A stretch of DNA of 64,000 nt. Source: Guillardia theta CCMP2712 (lineage: Eukaryota > Protista > Cryptophyta). This document shows, piece by piece, positions 33,890 through 44,945 of this stretch (within the stretch, counting starts at the first letter, position 1; each line of letters starts with the position of its first letter). The DNA lies in NCBI RefSeq assembly GCF_000315625.1, contig NW_005434671.1, forward strand, positions 414,078 through 478,077, read 5' to 3'. Under the pieces are notes generated by a model, which saw nothing but the letters and a program-made list of their open reading frames with translations, made no database searches and was not told the origin of the DNA. A program made the position numbers and the translations under genes.

Positions 33890-34480
33890 GAGCCGGAACT
33901 GGTCCTCCCTCCTCCCTGCCCTACCGGCATCTGTTCTGCGGGTGCATCAGGCCCTGGTTGATCGTGGAGTGCCGCAACGTATGTACCTCAGTGACATGGA
34001 TGACGAACGTCTGAACAATTCGATCCCATCACCTGCTCTCTTTCAACTCGCGGGCAGACCTCCTTTTCCTCCCCCCAGCCTTCAGTCACAGGGCGGTTGA
34101 TGCAGACTTCAAGTCCCCACCCCCACCTTGCTCCTCAGCACCGAGTTCGGCACACCCGGACCCACGTCCCTGAGCATGGCCCCACCAACAGACACATGGG
34201 CGACCTCTGGCTCCCTGGCCTCTCCACCCACACCTGGGATGGGCTGGTTCTGAACTTCACGATGAATCATCCTTACAACAGCAGCGGCAGCCCCGTCGGC
34301 CTTTCTGCGCTCTCCGGCCCCGCCCAACAGAAGATTTCGGATCATCGGGCAAGTTATGGCACCCATCACCCCCGCAAGCCTTTCTTCCCTTCACTGCAAG
34401 TACGGAGGTGTATGGGGACCCTGCTTGTCATCGTCTGCGTGCTCGTCCGTCTCGGCAGCATCGAGATCGTATGGGTCTTC
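33890..34480 (+). mobile_element. Degenerate CRE-like non-LTR retrotransposon fragment, copy B
   Basis: HMGDLWLPGL..GLVLNFTMNHP..AL..AQQKISDHRASY..KPFFP resembles the PD..D/E..K restriction-like endonuclease. DNA is similar to 31100-31660. Confidence 0.6.
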
Positions 34481-34542
34481 TTTGTCCTGATCTTCGTGTT
34501 TGACTTTTTTTTAAATCCGGTCTGAGAACTGAGTTGCTCTAA

Positions 34543-36171
34543 ATGCGGGGGCGCCGCCATGCAGCTGGGGCGGCAGCAGCAGCTGGGATGCTGCTGGTTC
34601 TCATCTGCGACTTTGGGCTAGAGGGGACAAGAGAGGAGGAAAAGGAGAGCAGCGACGAGTTACAGGGAAGTTTTCAGCAGGGACAGGAATCGCGAGCAGG
34701 AGGTCGTCTGATGGGTGCCTGGAAGACCGATGACTTGAACGCTTTCGCAGCTGAGAACTCTGCCGTTGAACGATTTCCTTCGATCGTTGTAGTACCCCCT
34801 GGTATGATGCATCTCCAGGACACTGGCATGAAACCTACGAGCACTGTTCAGCCGAGTCCTCGTCCAAATGCTAGTCATCACCCTTTCTCATGGCAACGGG
34901 TCAACTCCCACCATGCTACTCAGGTGGAGAAATCTCTTCGAAGGATGGATGGAAGCGAAGACATAACTGAAGATCATTGCTATTATGATCAACCTGAAAT
35001 GCTCGTCCAAGAGCTCCGTCACTCGATTTGCGATCTGCATTCAAACATGGGAGAGCAGGCATGTGCTCAGTTGTGGTCGCAAGTTCGTCAGCTGCAAGGT
35101 GATAGCGTGGGTTACGTTCTACAGCAAGAAAGGGATTGGAATCCCAAGTTTAGAAGCTCCTTCTCTCAATTCCTTTACAAGATCTCTGCTCCTACCCCTT
35201 CGATGGGCTCAGGAGATCAGTTGGGGTATGTGACTTCAGGGTTCACGTTGAAAGGACCTCTTGCCACGTGGTTTCCTCGAGGAGATCAGGCAGGTGCTGC
35301 CGTTGCGAGCTGCCAGCCTGTTGATCTCTCATGGAACTTGGATTACCTGAGTCTCAACTGGCTGCAGGGTAACAGGATCCCCTTCGCTGTCAAGGATTGT
35401 GCAGGAAAGGAGGTCAGCAGGTTTTCAGTCGATTGTCGTTCTCACCCCTTCCAAGGAACTGGTAAGGGCAGGAGTTCGTCTAAACTCAACCTGGAGATGC
35501 TCAATGCCAAGGCAATGCATGTAGAGGAAGAGGCGATCCGAGGTCCCGGCAGTGGCGTCTTGGGATGGCAATTCTACATCACTGGGGAGGATGGGGAGGC
35601 GGTTGGTTCAATGATAAGAATCAACTCAGCAAATAAGGCGTGGATACTGCAGGCCAATCGTGCGGGCCAAGTGGATTTGAGACTCCTCGTCATGGTAGCG
35701 TCTATCCTGGACTTCACGTTCTACAAGAAAGTTGCTGGATTCTTTGTTGGTTTTTTGGTGTCTGTACTGGCAGTTGCCACCTTTGTGCCGCTCTGGCTCT
35801 GTCTGTGCTACAGGGGAAAGAGGGGACAACGTGGATCTCTGGTGACTAAAAAAGGTCACGATGATGACAAGGAAGGCGGTATCAGACCAATTGTAGAAGT
35901 ACCCAATGACCCGAAACAAGAGCATCGTACCGAGGAGAAAAGCCAAGAGCAAGAACAAGAAAACCTACTCCAAGAGGAGAATGATCTAAAGGCAGAGGAG
36001 GAAGATCTTAAGGTCAGCTCCGTACCGTCTTCCTTTCCCTCTCTCATGCATGCTTCATCCTTGCAGGAAAATGCTGATCCATCAAGTGTCGGCGTTGAGC
36101 TAGAAGAAGCGATTGCAGCCATCGACAGGGCCATAGACAGGAACAGCGCAACGCGCAACTCGAGGCGATGA
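34543..36171 (+). CDS. Membrane protein, possible scramblase/LURP-one-like region
   Basis: 542-aa ORF with N-terminal hydrophobic segment, WQFYITGEDGEAVG..DLRLLVMVASILD, a TM near aa 400 and an acidic tail; probable in-frame 3' intron. Confidence 0.6.
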   Translation: MRGRRHAAGAAAAAGMLLVLICDFGLEGTREEEKESSDELQGSFQQGQESRAGGRLMGAWKTDDLNAFAAENSAVERFPSIVVVPPGMMHLQDTGMKPTSTVQPSPRPNASHHPFSWQRVNSHHATQVEKSLRRMDGSEDITEDHCYYDQPEMLVQELRHSICDLHSNMGEQACAQLWSQVRQLQGDSVGYVLQQERDWNPKFRSSFSQFLYKISAPTPSMGSGDQLGYVTSGFTLKGPLATWFPRGDQAGAAVASCQPVDLSWNLDYLSLNWLQGNRIPFAVKDCAGKEVSRFSVDCRSHPFQGTGKGRSSSKLNLEMLNAKAMHVEEEAIRGPGSGVLGWQFYITGEDGEAVGSMIRINSANKAWILQANRAGQVDLRLLVMVASILDFTFYKKVAGFFVGFLVSVLAVATFVPLWLCLCYRGKRGQRGSLVTKKGHDDDKEGGIRPIVEVPNDPKQEHRTEEKSQEQEQENLLQEENDLKAEEEDLKVSSVPSSFPSLMHASSLQENADPSSVGVELEEAIAAIDRAIDRNSATRNSRR

Positions 36172-36264
36172 CACCGTGTCGCTCTTTGCTCCAACTGTCT
36201 TCGGGGAGGATCGTGTACATAGATAGGAAAAGTTGAAATTGAATGAATGTGATGTAGCAACTAA

Positions 36265-37491
36265 CTAAAAGTTGTAAAATATTTCTAACTTGGGGAGAGG
36301 GATGCCGCGGCTGACCAGCCCCTCTCTCATCTTGAAGAAGTTCTCTTGGCACTTGGTCAAGAACTCTGGGAGCTGCAGCAGGGTCAGGGAAGGAAAGGAT
36401 GAAGGGCGGTCAATGAAACCTTGATAACCATCGAAGCTCTCTTCTGCCGCAGCTCCTCCAGGCGAGACCGCAGCTCGGAGATCTTATGCTCTAGATCGTC
36501 CTTCTCCTGCTTCATGGCTGAGAATTCCTTGTTGAGTCTCTTGTTCTCGGCGTTCAACTCATGGTAGTGCTTGAGCTGTCAATGTAGTCAAGGGCCAAGG
36601 CTGAGCAATCTCTTGTCATCTCCACATCTTACCGAAGCTACCATGACGTGGTTCTCCTTCCTGAGGTCTTTGATCCATTCCTCGATAGTCTTCAGCTCGG
36701 AGTCTCTCTTGCGCAGATCGTCCTGGATGCTGGAATTTGTCCTGTTCGCAAAGTCCCAGAACCTTGCTCGCTTTTCCTCGCACTCGGAGATCTTTGGTCG
36801 AATCCATTCAAACTTGCGCAGCGACTGGTTCGTGCAATCCTCATACGTGAAGCAAGGCATCAACCCGGGGATCTCTACATCAAGACTGCAAGGCAGGGAG
36901 GAGTCAGCTCCACATCGCCCTCATTCACAGGTCCCTCACCCGCTGGACATGCTAGACAGCCGGTATCTGTCCTCGCATGTCGAGTTGTGCTCGTATTTCC
37001 AGTGCGAGCAGCCGCAGCCTCCATCGAAGTCTGTCTCTGCCTTGGCCCCCATCTTGTCTTGGCACTCTATGTTGGTCTCGTTGAGCCTCAGGAGGGTTGC
37101 TTTCGCCTCGAACGGCGAGAGCGAGATCTGTCAGTGCGGGTGAAAAGCTCTCGGAGCCGTCGAGAAAGGAAAGACGAGATCGAGGGAGAGTTGAGTCAGA
37201 ACGGGGAAGGCGGGAAAAAAGAGCAAGAGAGGGATAGGGAGGGGTAGGAGGGAGGGAGGAAGGGACAGGAGGAAGAAATGAAGGAAGAAAGGAGGAGGGA
37301 GAGGAGGGAGAGGAGGGTTGGTGTTGACGTTTCCTTACATCAAGAACCTTGAGATGAGCTTTGATCTGTTTCAGGTCTAAATGCGGCCGCTCCTTCTGCT
37401 CTTGCTGTGCAGACACCATGTTTGATAGTGTGGAAGTAGTTAACAGCACCCATATGATGAGAGTGGTTCGCATGAAAACGTTACTCGGCAT
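36265..37491 (-). CDS. Secreted coiled-coil hypothetical protein, ~5 exons
   Basis: Signal-like MRTTLIIWVLLTTSTLSNMVSA; the exons splice in frame through a Cys-rich and then a heptad region to LEIFYNF*. Confidence 0.6.
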
Positions 37492-38022
37492 TTTCTCTGA
37501 CTGGATCACAACAGATCGATGAACAAGCTCTTACTAGGCAAAAATGGATTCCATCTGAAGTTCAAGCAAGAGGTCAGTTCGATGCAAAGAGGCTAACGTC
37601 GTCACTGATACAATATCAACCTGATCTCATGGATAGCCTCGCCCACCTAGGTTCTAACCCGCCTCTGCCATGCCTGCTTCGACAACGCGATGAGCTCTTG
37701 ATCTGTACCTGCTTCTACATCTGTTCTCTATCCTATCCTTCGAGAATGCACTCGCATGCTTTCTTCCCTCCTCTCTCCTCTCCCTCGCCTCCTCCATGAT
37801 TGTTTTTCCTCATCCCGGGACATAGCCACGTACCCCCTTTGCAACACACCCCGTGAATCACAACATAAACCACCCCCTCTTTGACCCCCTAGTGCACACA
37901 CCCCCTGTGTCCAAGGGAAAATAACCCCTTCTTCTGTAAGTCATAAAAACTTTATAGGATATTGCTCAACACCTATGACTTTCGCCAATAGACTATAAAC
38001 ATCAGCCTGATAGTCGGGGGCC

Positions 38023-40871
38023 ATGGCGAGGAGACGGAGCGCGCGGCGATGGTGGAAGCAGGAGGGGATGAGCAGGAGGGAGAAGAAGAAGCAAGAAGAT
38101 GCGACCTTGGCTGATGGTGCGGCAGAGGCGCCAGCGAGACAGGAGAGGGAGTCGACAGTGTTCGAGGAGTATTACAGCATGCAGCAGCTGCTTGGGGAGG
38201 ACCAGAAGTCCTGGGCTGCCTTCCTCCGTTGCCTGTGCACTCCGCTGCCCGTCACGTTCAGAATCAACAGGAACCTGCACAGCGAGGAACTTGTCTCGAA
38301 GTGCCTGGAGGAGGCGGCTCTCATCCTTCATCCCTCTCCCGAAGATCTGCAGCAGGAGCCGGGGGTAACCTTGGCTCACCCAAAGAGATTGGAATGGTGT
38401 GACGGGTATCAGCTGGGTGTGAGCAGGACCTCTCTGAAGCATGGACAGAGTGCGTACGTCCAGAGCCTGAGGACCTGGTTGATGAGGTGGGGAACTCTCC
38501 CGACGCGCGCAGGGACCATTACAAGTGCAGGGGTCATCACACGCCAAGAAGTTTCCAGCATGGTGCCCGCCGCTCTGCTGGGCATTGAAAGCCATCACAT
38601 TGTTCTTGACCTCTGCGCTGCTCCTGGCTCGAAGACCCTCCAGGCTCTTGATGGCTTGTACAGCACTGTTGGGCAAGGAGAGGAGCCCTTGGGTGGGATA
38701 GTCGCCAACGATATCGACGAGAGGAGGGCGTACGGGTTGGCTGCAAGGGCAAGGCCTGTGGGATCTTTCGCCAAGAACTTGATGATAGTGTGTCATAAAG
38801 CGCAGAAGATCCCAAACATTCATGCGGAAGGAGACGAGAGCGCGGGGAGCTTCGACCGCATCCTTTGCGACGTCCCTTGCAGCGGGGATGGGACTTTAAG
38901 GAAGGATACCAAGGTTTGGAAGCTCTGGGACCCTCTCTTTGGTATCAAGATCCACAGGCTGCAGGTCCAGATTGCGATGAGAGGGCTGGCGCTGCTCAAG
39001 GTGGGGGGGCTCATGGCGTACTCGACCTGCTCGTTCAACCCGATCGAAGACGAGGCAGTCGTTGCTGACCTGCTGAGAAGGTAATGCAGTGCTGTCCCGT
39101 GAGTCGACGACTGTCTTGCGGTCCATGGCGAGTAGATTTTCTGAGCTGTCTTGCGATGTTTTGCTCTTGCTCGATCTCTGTCTGGATGCTCCCTGACACC
39201 TGCGTCCGTTGGAATCTCAGGTGCAAGGGGAGCGTCGAGCTGGTACGCTCCGACGACCTACTTCCTGATTTGAAGCGAGGCAGAGGCTTCTCCTCCTGGA
39301 AGGTGATAGACGATGACCTGGAGGAGCACAAGACGTATGAGGAGCTGGAGTCGAAGCCTCATGCCAGCCGGAAGAAACATCTCTTCTGCAGGTCCATGTG
39401 GCCCCCGGGAAAGGGCGAGAAGTTTCCGCTGGGTGAGAACGTTGTTGGATTGTTCTGGGAGCAAACCGTAGACAAGTTGCTGACCAATTTGTGCTAGACC
39501 GCTGCATTCGCATCTATCCTCACCTGCAGGACACTGGAGGGTTCTTCGTCGCGCTATTGCGGAAAGTCGCCCCTCTCCCTCAACAAACAGAGAAGATTCC
39601 CAGGGAGCCTGCGGGGCCAAGGACGGAAGAGGCAAGATACCAGCACTTGCGCTATCAGCCCGTCTCAAAGAGCTGCTTGAGCAAGTTTGGCAAGGACCTG
39701 ATGTTGAGCAAGGAGGACACCAAGGCCCTGGCCAAGAACCTCTACTGCCGCTCCTCGCAGGCGACATCCGTCAGTTGGATCACGCACGGGATGAAGAAGC
39801 TGTTTGTTGACTCGCAAGACTCGAAGGCGCTGAAGACGGTCTGGGGAGGGGTGAAAGTGTGCGACTGGGACAGGAGGGGCGGATTCTACTTCCTGCGGCA
39901 GGAGGGTTTGCCGTTGCTGAGAAGATTTTTGAGCAAGGAGAGGGAGATCGAAGTCGAGGAGTCGGACATGCGGCTGATTCTCGACCGCTGCCATGAGCCG
40001 ACTGGCGAGTCCGACCTTTCCAAGAAGGCAAGGCGGAGGTTGAAGGACATGGAGCCCGGGCAGTGTGTGGTAAGCACAAGGGTCAAGGACGAGGGGAGCA
40101 GCAGGAGAGACGAACGGGAAGTCTGTATCGTGGCACACGTGGAGCAGTTAGGGGAGGGTCCCATGTTGTGCCTTCGCATGAGAACGTCTCCTCTGGAAGC
40201 TCAACTCATCGCTCAAACGCGCCTCTGTCGAACTGCTGCATCCGCTGCCTCCTCCTCCAGCCACAGACCTGTATTCCCCTCCTCCTCCTACGAGGTGACG
40301 TGCCGCGGGCTGCCCTTCTCCTCCACGGAGGACGACATCGTGACCTTTTTCGGGGAGTGTAAGAACCTGGAAGCGGGAGACGTCTCCATCCTCCTGGACG
40401 CCAGGCAGAGACCGAGGTTGAACCTTTCCTCAAGTACCGACCAAGTCCCGCTGATCATTTTGGCAGCGGGGAGGCGACGGTGAAGTTGAGGAGCGTCGAG
40501 GACTTGCATGCTGCGCTCTCGTGCAATCGAAACATGATGGGCGAGAGATACGTGCGGGCATCCTGCTCCAATGAGAGTCAGAGTGAGCTCACTGTTGTGA
40601 TGCAGGTTGAGGTGTTCGAGCACCGGAAAAGAAGAGCTGAGGAGGAGGAAGCGGTCGAGGAATCCATCAAGAAACGTGAGTTTGTCCTCCTCTCCCCTCC
40701 GCTCCCTTTCTTCGTATCGCTGAGTTGTGTTTCAATTCTCACACTGGCCCTCCTACAGCTAAGACTCTCCCACCTCCTCCCACTCCTCCTGCTCGTACCA
40801 ATACCGCCGCCGCGCCCGCGGGAGATGTGCGAGCGAGTCTGTTGAAAGGAGTGAAGCTCAGGTCTTTGTGA
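38023..40871 (+). CDS. NSUN2/Trm4-like RNA m5C methyltransferase with C-terminal qRRM and Pro-rich tail
   Basis: RQEVSSMVP, VLDLCAAPGSKT, FDRILCDVPCSGDGT, YSTCSFNPIEDEAVV, RIYPHLQDTGGFFVA, then CRGLPFSSTEDDIVTFF..RPSGEA..MGERY|VEVF. Confidence 0.9.
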
Positions 40872-40925
40872 TACTGAGAGTGGCTTCATCATAGTAAACG
40901 ATTCGGTACCTGTCGCTGAGACGGT

Positions 40926-41065
40926 CTTCTCTTCTCAACTCAGTTCTACTGTTCTCAACTCAGTGAACGGTTCTACTGTTCTCAACTCAGTTCTTTCTCA
41001 ACTCAGTTCTCAGTTCTACTTCTCTTCTCAACTCAGTTCTACTGTTCTCAACAAAGTTCTACTCT
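40926..41065. repeat. Degenerate minisatellite (TTCTCAACTCAGTTCTACTG)
   Basis: About 6 copies of TTCTCAACTCAG just 3' of the NSUN gene. Confidence 0.85.
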
Positions 41066-42264
41066 TCGAGTTTCAACTTTTACTCTCCTCACTTCTATTT
41101 AGAGTATTCTTGTCATTCTTTGACTTGACGTCCGATGACTAATTCGAAGTCGGGTTGTCCCGCTACACCTCGATTCCAACGCCTGAGGCCAGCCCACGAT
41201 GTTGGTGTGAGGGACTGAATAATTCGAACTTGGACCGGTCAATTTGAGGCATATCAAGGGGTAGTCAGCAATGAGTTTTCAACTGTAGCCCAGAACTTTC
41301 AAATTAGACATTTAATTTTCAAAGTTGGGGAATATGACAGATAGAGTTTAGTCATCTAAGATCGTGGGGTGGTGGAATGGTGGATCAGGTAGGGGTCGTG
41401 ATTTGACCAACAATTTGAAGTTTGAATCATTTGGAGGGGGGTAGGGGTGATTGAAATACCCATATGAATCGTATGGAATTGCTGGTTCAAATGTGGGTAC
41501 GGGTGATCGAAGGACGGTTATCTTTGAGAGCACGCAAAAAAGAATGAGGGGTAGGGTACCACATGACGGGGTTGTATGAGAAGAAATGGGGTAGTGCAAT
41601 GAAATGGGGGGTACTGTGAGCTCCCCTGGTAAATCAAAGACATGGCAAGGACGAGGGAGGACTATGAAAATGTTGCGAGGAACGAGTCGCAGCAAGAGAG
41701 TAGCCACCAGGACGAAACACAGGATTGAAGAGCAGAATGGGAGCAGCACATGTATATCTTGAGGCATTGAGGGTGAGGAGAGTGAAAAGAAGAAGAGAAT
41801 TGGGTCGAACTAGACAAAATAGGGCAAATAAGAGCAGGAGCAGCCAGAAGGGGGAAGACGTTTCAACCTTCAAAAATTTAGGTGGAAAGGAGCGAAATAA
41901 AGGCGATATCAATACGATGGATGGTTCTTTTTATTTGTGTGATCTCTGTTTCCCGCGCAAAGCAAAATAGGACAAGGCAGGATGGTTTTTGACAAATTGA
42001 GCATACCTGTCATGGCTATTGATCAGCACAATGTAGATGAGGCATGAGCATATTGTATATTTTTTTCTTGTGTTGGATTACAGGGCTGAATGTATCTGAC
42101 CATGTTTGTTTTCAAGAGGAAGGCCTTGCGATCTTGGGTCCAGCGATCATGCGCTTGAATTAGAAAGTGCAACTGTACCACTTGAACAGCTGAGCAAGGG
42201 TTGGTCTGCTTGCTTTTCTTTTGTATGATGACTTTTTTGTATAGGCGCCAGGAAAGATTTCGCA

Positions 42265-43374
42265 ATGCCGCCAAGAACTGGGGGAAGACACTATGACATC
42301 GCTGGTCTAATCAAGAAACTTGAAGAGATACATAAGGAACTTGGAGATGAAAAAGGTTGCTGGCTGAACATTTCTATATTTGCTATGCTGAATGCCAGCT
42401 GTAGATGAAAAAGAAAAAAATGAAGACGATACTGATGAGTTCACACGGCTCAAGAAAATGTCAGCAAAGCAGATGACGGAAATTCGAAGAATGATCACGG
42501 AAAGAGATGAGCTGCTTTCTTCATCTGGAGGAGGAGGGAAAGCCGCTGTTCAGATGTCCTCCAGAATCAGAGAACTGATCCGAAATGCGCATGATCTCCA
42601 TGGAAAGATGCAAGAGAAGCTCTCCAAGGAAGAGAAGGAGGTCGCGAAGGGCAAGGTGAGCGCATGCGGTTTTCAATGAGAAAACTGATCACAATAATGA
42701 GCAGAAGAATGGCAAACTGACACCTGAGGATTTGGAAATCCATCAACAGATGGCAGAGCTTGTATCTAAGCACATAGCAGAGTGTGAAAGCTTGGAAAAG
42801 AAAAGATATCAGGGCAGAGCGGGAGGAAGGAACGGGACGAAAGGTGCTGGAGTGAACGGAGAGATAAAACGCACGGCCATGGATACAGACTTGGCACCTA
42901 TTGATTTGGATCCTGATGTATATGATGATGTGGCAAGATTTGAGCGACTATCTCACTTGTGCGCTAGGTGAATGAGGGACTGATCCAGTTGAGGAGGAAC
43001 GACGAGAAGCTCGATGAGCAGCTGGACATGATCTCCAAGGTTGGAATGCTACATGTGCAGTTTGATCTCTAAGCGATCTGGATTTCAGGGTATGGTACGT
43101 CTGAAAGGCATCGCTGTTGACCAGAGCAACGAAGTAAAGTTGCAAAGTGTTATGATTGATCAGATTTCAGACAATATGGACAAGGCCACTGAGCATTTGA
43201 ATGATGTAAAGACTAATCTCTCCTTCGAAACATTCTGTAACAACAACGCAGGTTAACATGAAGCTCAAGGATACGCTTGCACGCGCTGGAGGTGCAACCA
43301 ACATCCTTGTCAAGGTCATCCTGCTCATCCTCCTCTTGTCCATTGGGGCCTACATGTATAAGGCCTTCGGATGA
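42265..43374 (+). CDS. SYP7/syntaxin-71-like Qc-SNARE, multi-exon
   Basis: N-terminal helical bundle, then LDEQLDMISK|GMVRLKGIAVDQSNEVKLQSVMIDQISDNMDKATEHLND|VNMKLKDTL and a C-terminal TM. Confidence 0.8.
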
Positions 43375-43557
43375 TTTCGATCCTCGTTTTGCTGCAGCTT
43401 GACCAATAGTCCAGTACAATGTATTCTACAGGCTAAAGTTTTGAAACCTCCTCTTTCGGTCTTTTGCTATTCCATGATTGTATTGAGGGAAATGAATAAT
43501 ATGAAACAGAAAGACTTGCTTTCATAACACAATTTCTAATCTAAGGTTTTTCCATTT

Positions 43558-44139
43558 TCAGACTCCCGGGCTATCATGACAAGCTTCTTCGTCGGAATGA
43601 TCATTGTGCACACCATTGTCGTCGCTCCTCTGAGTCGCTATTAGTGCCTCCATCACACCAGCTCCGAAGCGTATGCAAGGTTCCGCAAAGAAATACTTGA
43701 ACATTGCAGATAGAAATCCTCCAAACAATAACAAAAGCAGAGAGTGGGGGAGCATGCTCGAGTGATAAAGCTTCGTCATCTCCTCCCTAACCTCGTTAGT
43801 GATTGTCATCTCTGAGCTTCTTAATCCTTCAGCGCTCACGAGTCGAAGCATCACTCTGTTCAGCCATGGCCCAGCCACCAGCAATGGCGACAGTACCAGC
43901 GCCCGGGCCAAGTTCGTGACTAAAAGGCTCTGCTCGACAGCCGCTACGTCCGACCATTTCACTTTCTTGCCTGTCTTCTTGCTGTTCCTCGAGCGACCTG
44001 CCACTGTAGCTCCATAATGTCGTTGAAGTATCCGCAAGGCTTCGGCGCTTGCGATCTGTATCGAGGCACCCCCTCCGGACTGCTCAGTGTGTGACGATTC
44101 CGATCTTGCGCCACTTCTCATCTTCGAGCCCCAAAACAA
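43558..44139 (-). CDS. Hypothetical membrane protein
   Basis: 193-aa ORF with two hydrophobic segments; start codon uncertain. Confidence 0.5.
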   Translation of the reverse strand: MFWGSKMRSGARSESSHTEQSGGGASIQIASAEALRILQRHYGATVAGRSRNSKKTGKKVKWSDVAAVEQSLLVTNLARALVLSPLLVAGPWLNRVMLRLVSAEGLRSSEMTITNEVREEMTKLYHSSMLPHSLLLLLFGGFLSAMFKYFFAEPCIRFGAGVMEALIATQRSDDNGVHNDHSDEEACHDSPGV

Positions 44140-44454
44140 TGTTTGGCTGTCAAATTATATTCTAGGAGCCCATCTATGTGTGCGCTTGATCACTGTCCGA
44201 AGAAACCTTAAGCTTGAACGAAGCTAGAGAGAATTACTGAGCGTATGCGAAGTGCGCGATGAGGCTCACAGAGAGGAGAGGGAGGAGGAGGTAGAGCCAG
44301 CAGGCCTAGAGGAAAGGATGAGGATGAAGTGAGAGGGGCGTCAAGGAGAAGGATGGAGAGACGAGCAGACCTAGGAGCACATGGTCCGAGAGAGTTGGCT
44401 GCTAAATCCGGCTGACGGTTAAAATCTCCCTCGACTGGCTGTAACGCCTGCAAT

Positions 44455-44900
44455 GCGTTGCCGCCGGGGCGGGCCATCGGACTCGATGAGTCTGCCCGGC
44501 GCCTAAGTCCGATCATGATCATCACTACCGTGACCGTGACGGTGAGTTCGATCATGAATACTCTGACTCCGACTCGGAGCAGTTGGGCATAGGTTGACTC
44601 TTTCTCTTACTCGTATAGTATGGGCCTAGGCTGCGCCCCCCCCCCCCCCGCCATCATAATGCCGCAATGCGGCGGCAGTGATGAGTGTCCCTCAGCTGAG
44701 CCCCGACGGTCTGTGCACAGTGCAGTGCGAGGATTTGATTTACTATTGAAAGGCTGAAACTAATTACAATCAGGTGCCATACAGTCAGACGGCACTGACA
44801 CTGCCATTCGACAACTGCCCGTCCGTTGTTGCCGGCAGGCGCCGGACGCTCATTGGGATCCGAAGAAGCCGCTGCCAGCCTCGGGTCTTGGGCCAGTCGC
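44455..44900. other. GC/CCGG-rich non-coding island 4
   Basis: GATCATGATC, GACTCGG and CCGG words plus a poly-C run. Confidence 0.55.
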
Positions 44901-44945
44901 CACGAGGTAGAAGAGCAGCCCTGACATGAGGCCCGCGCAAGGCAG

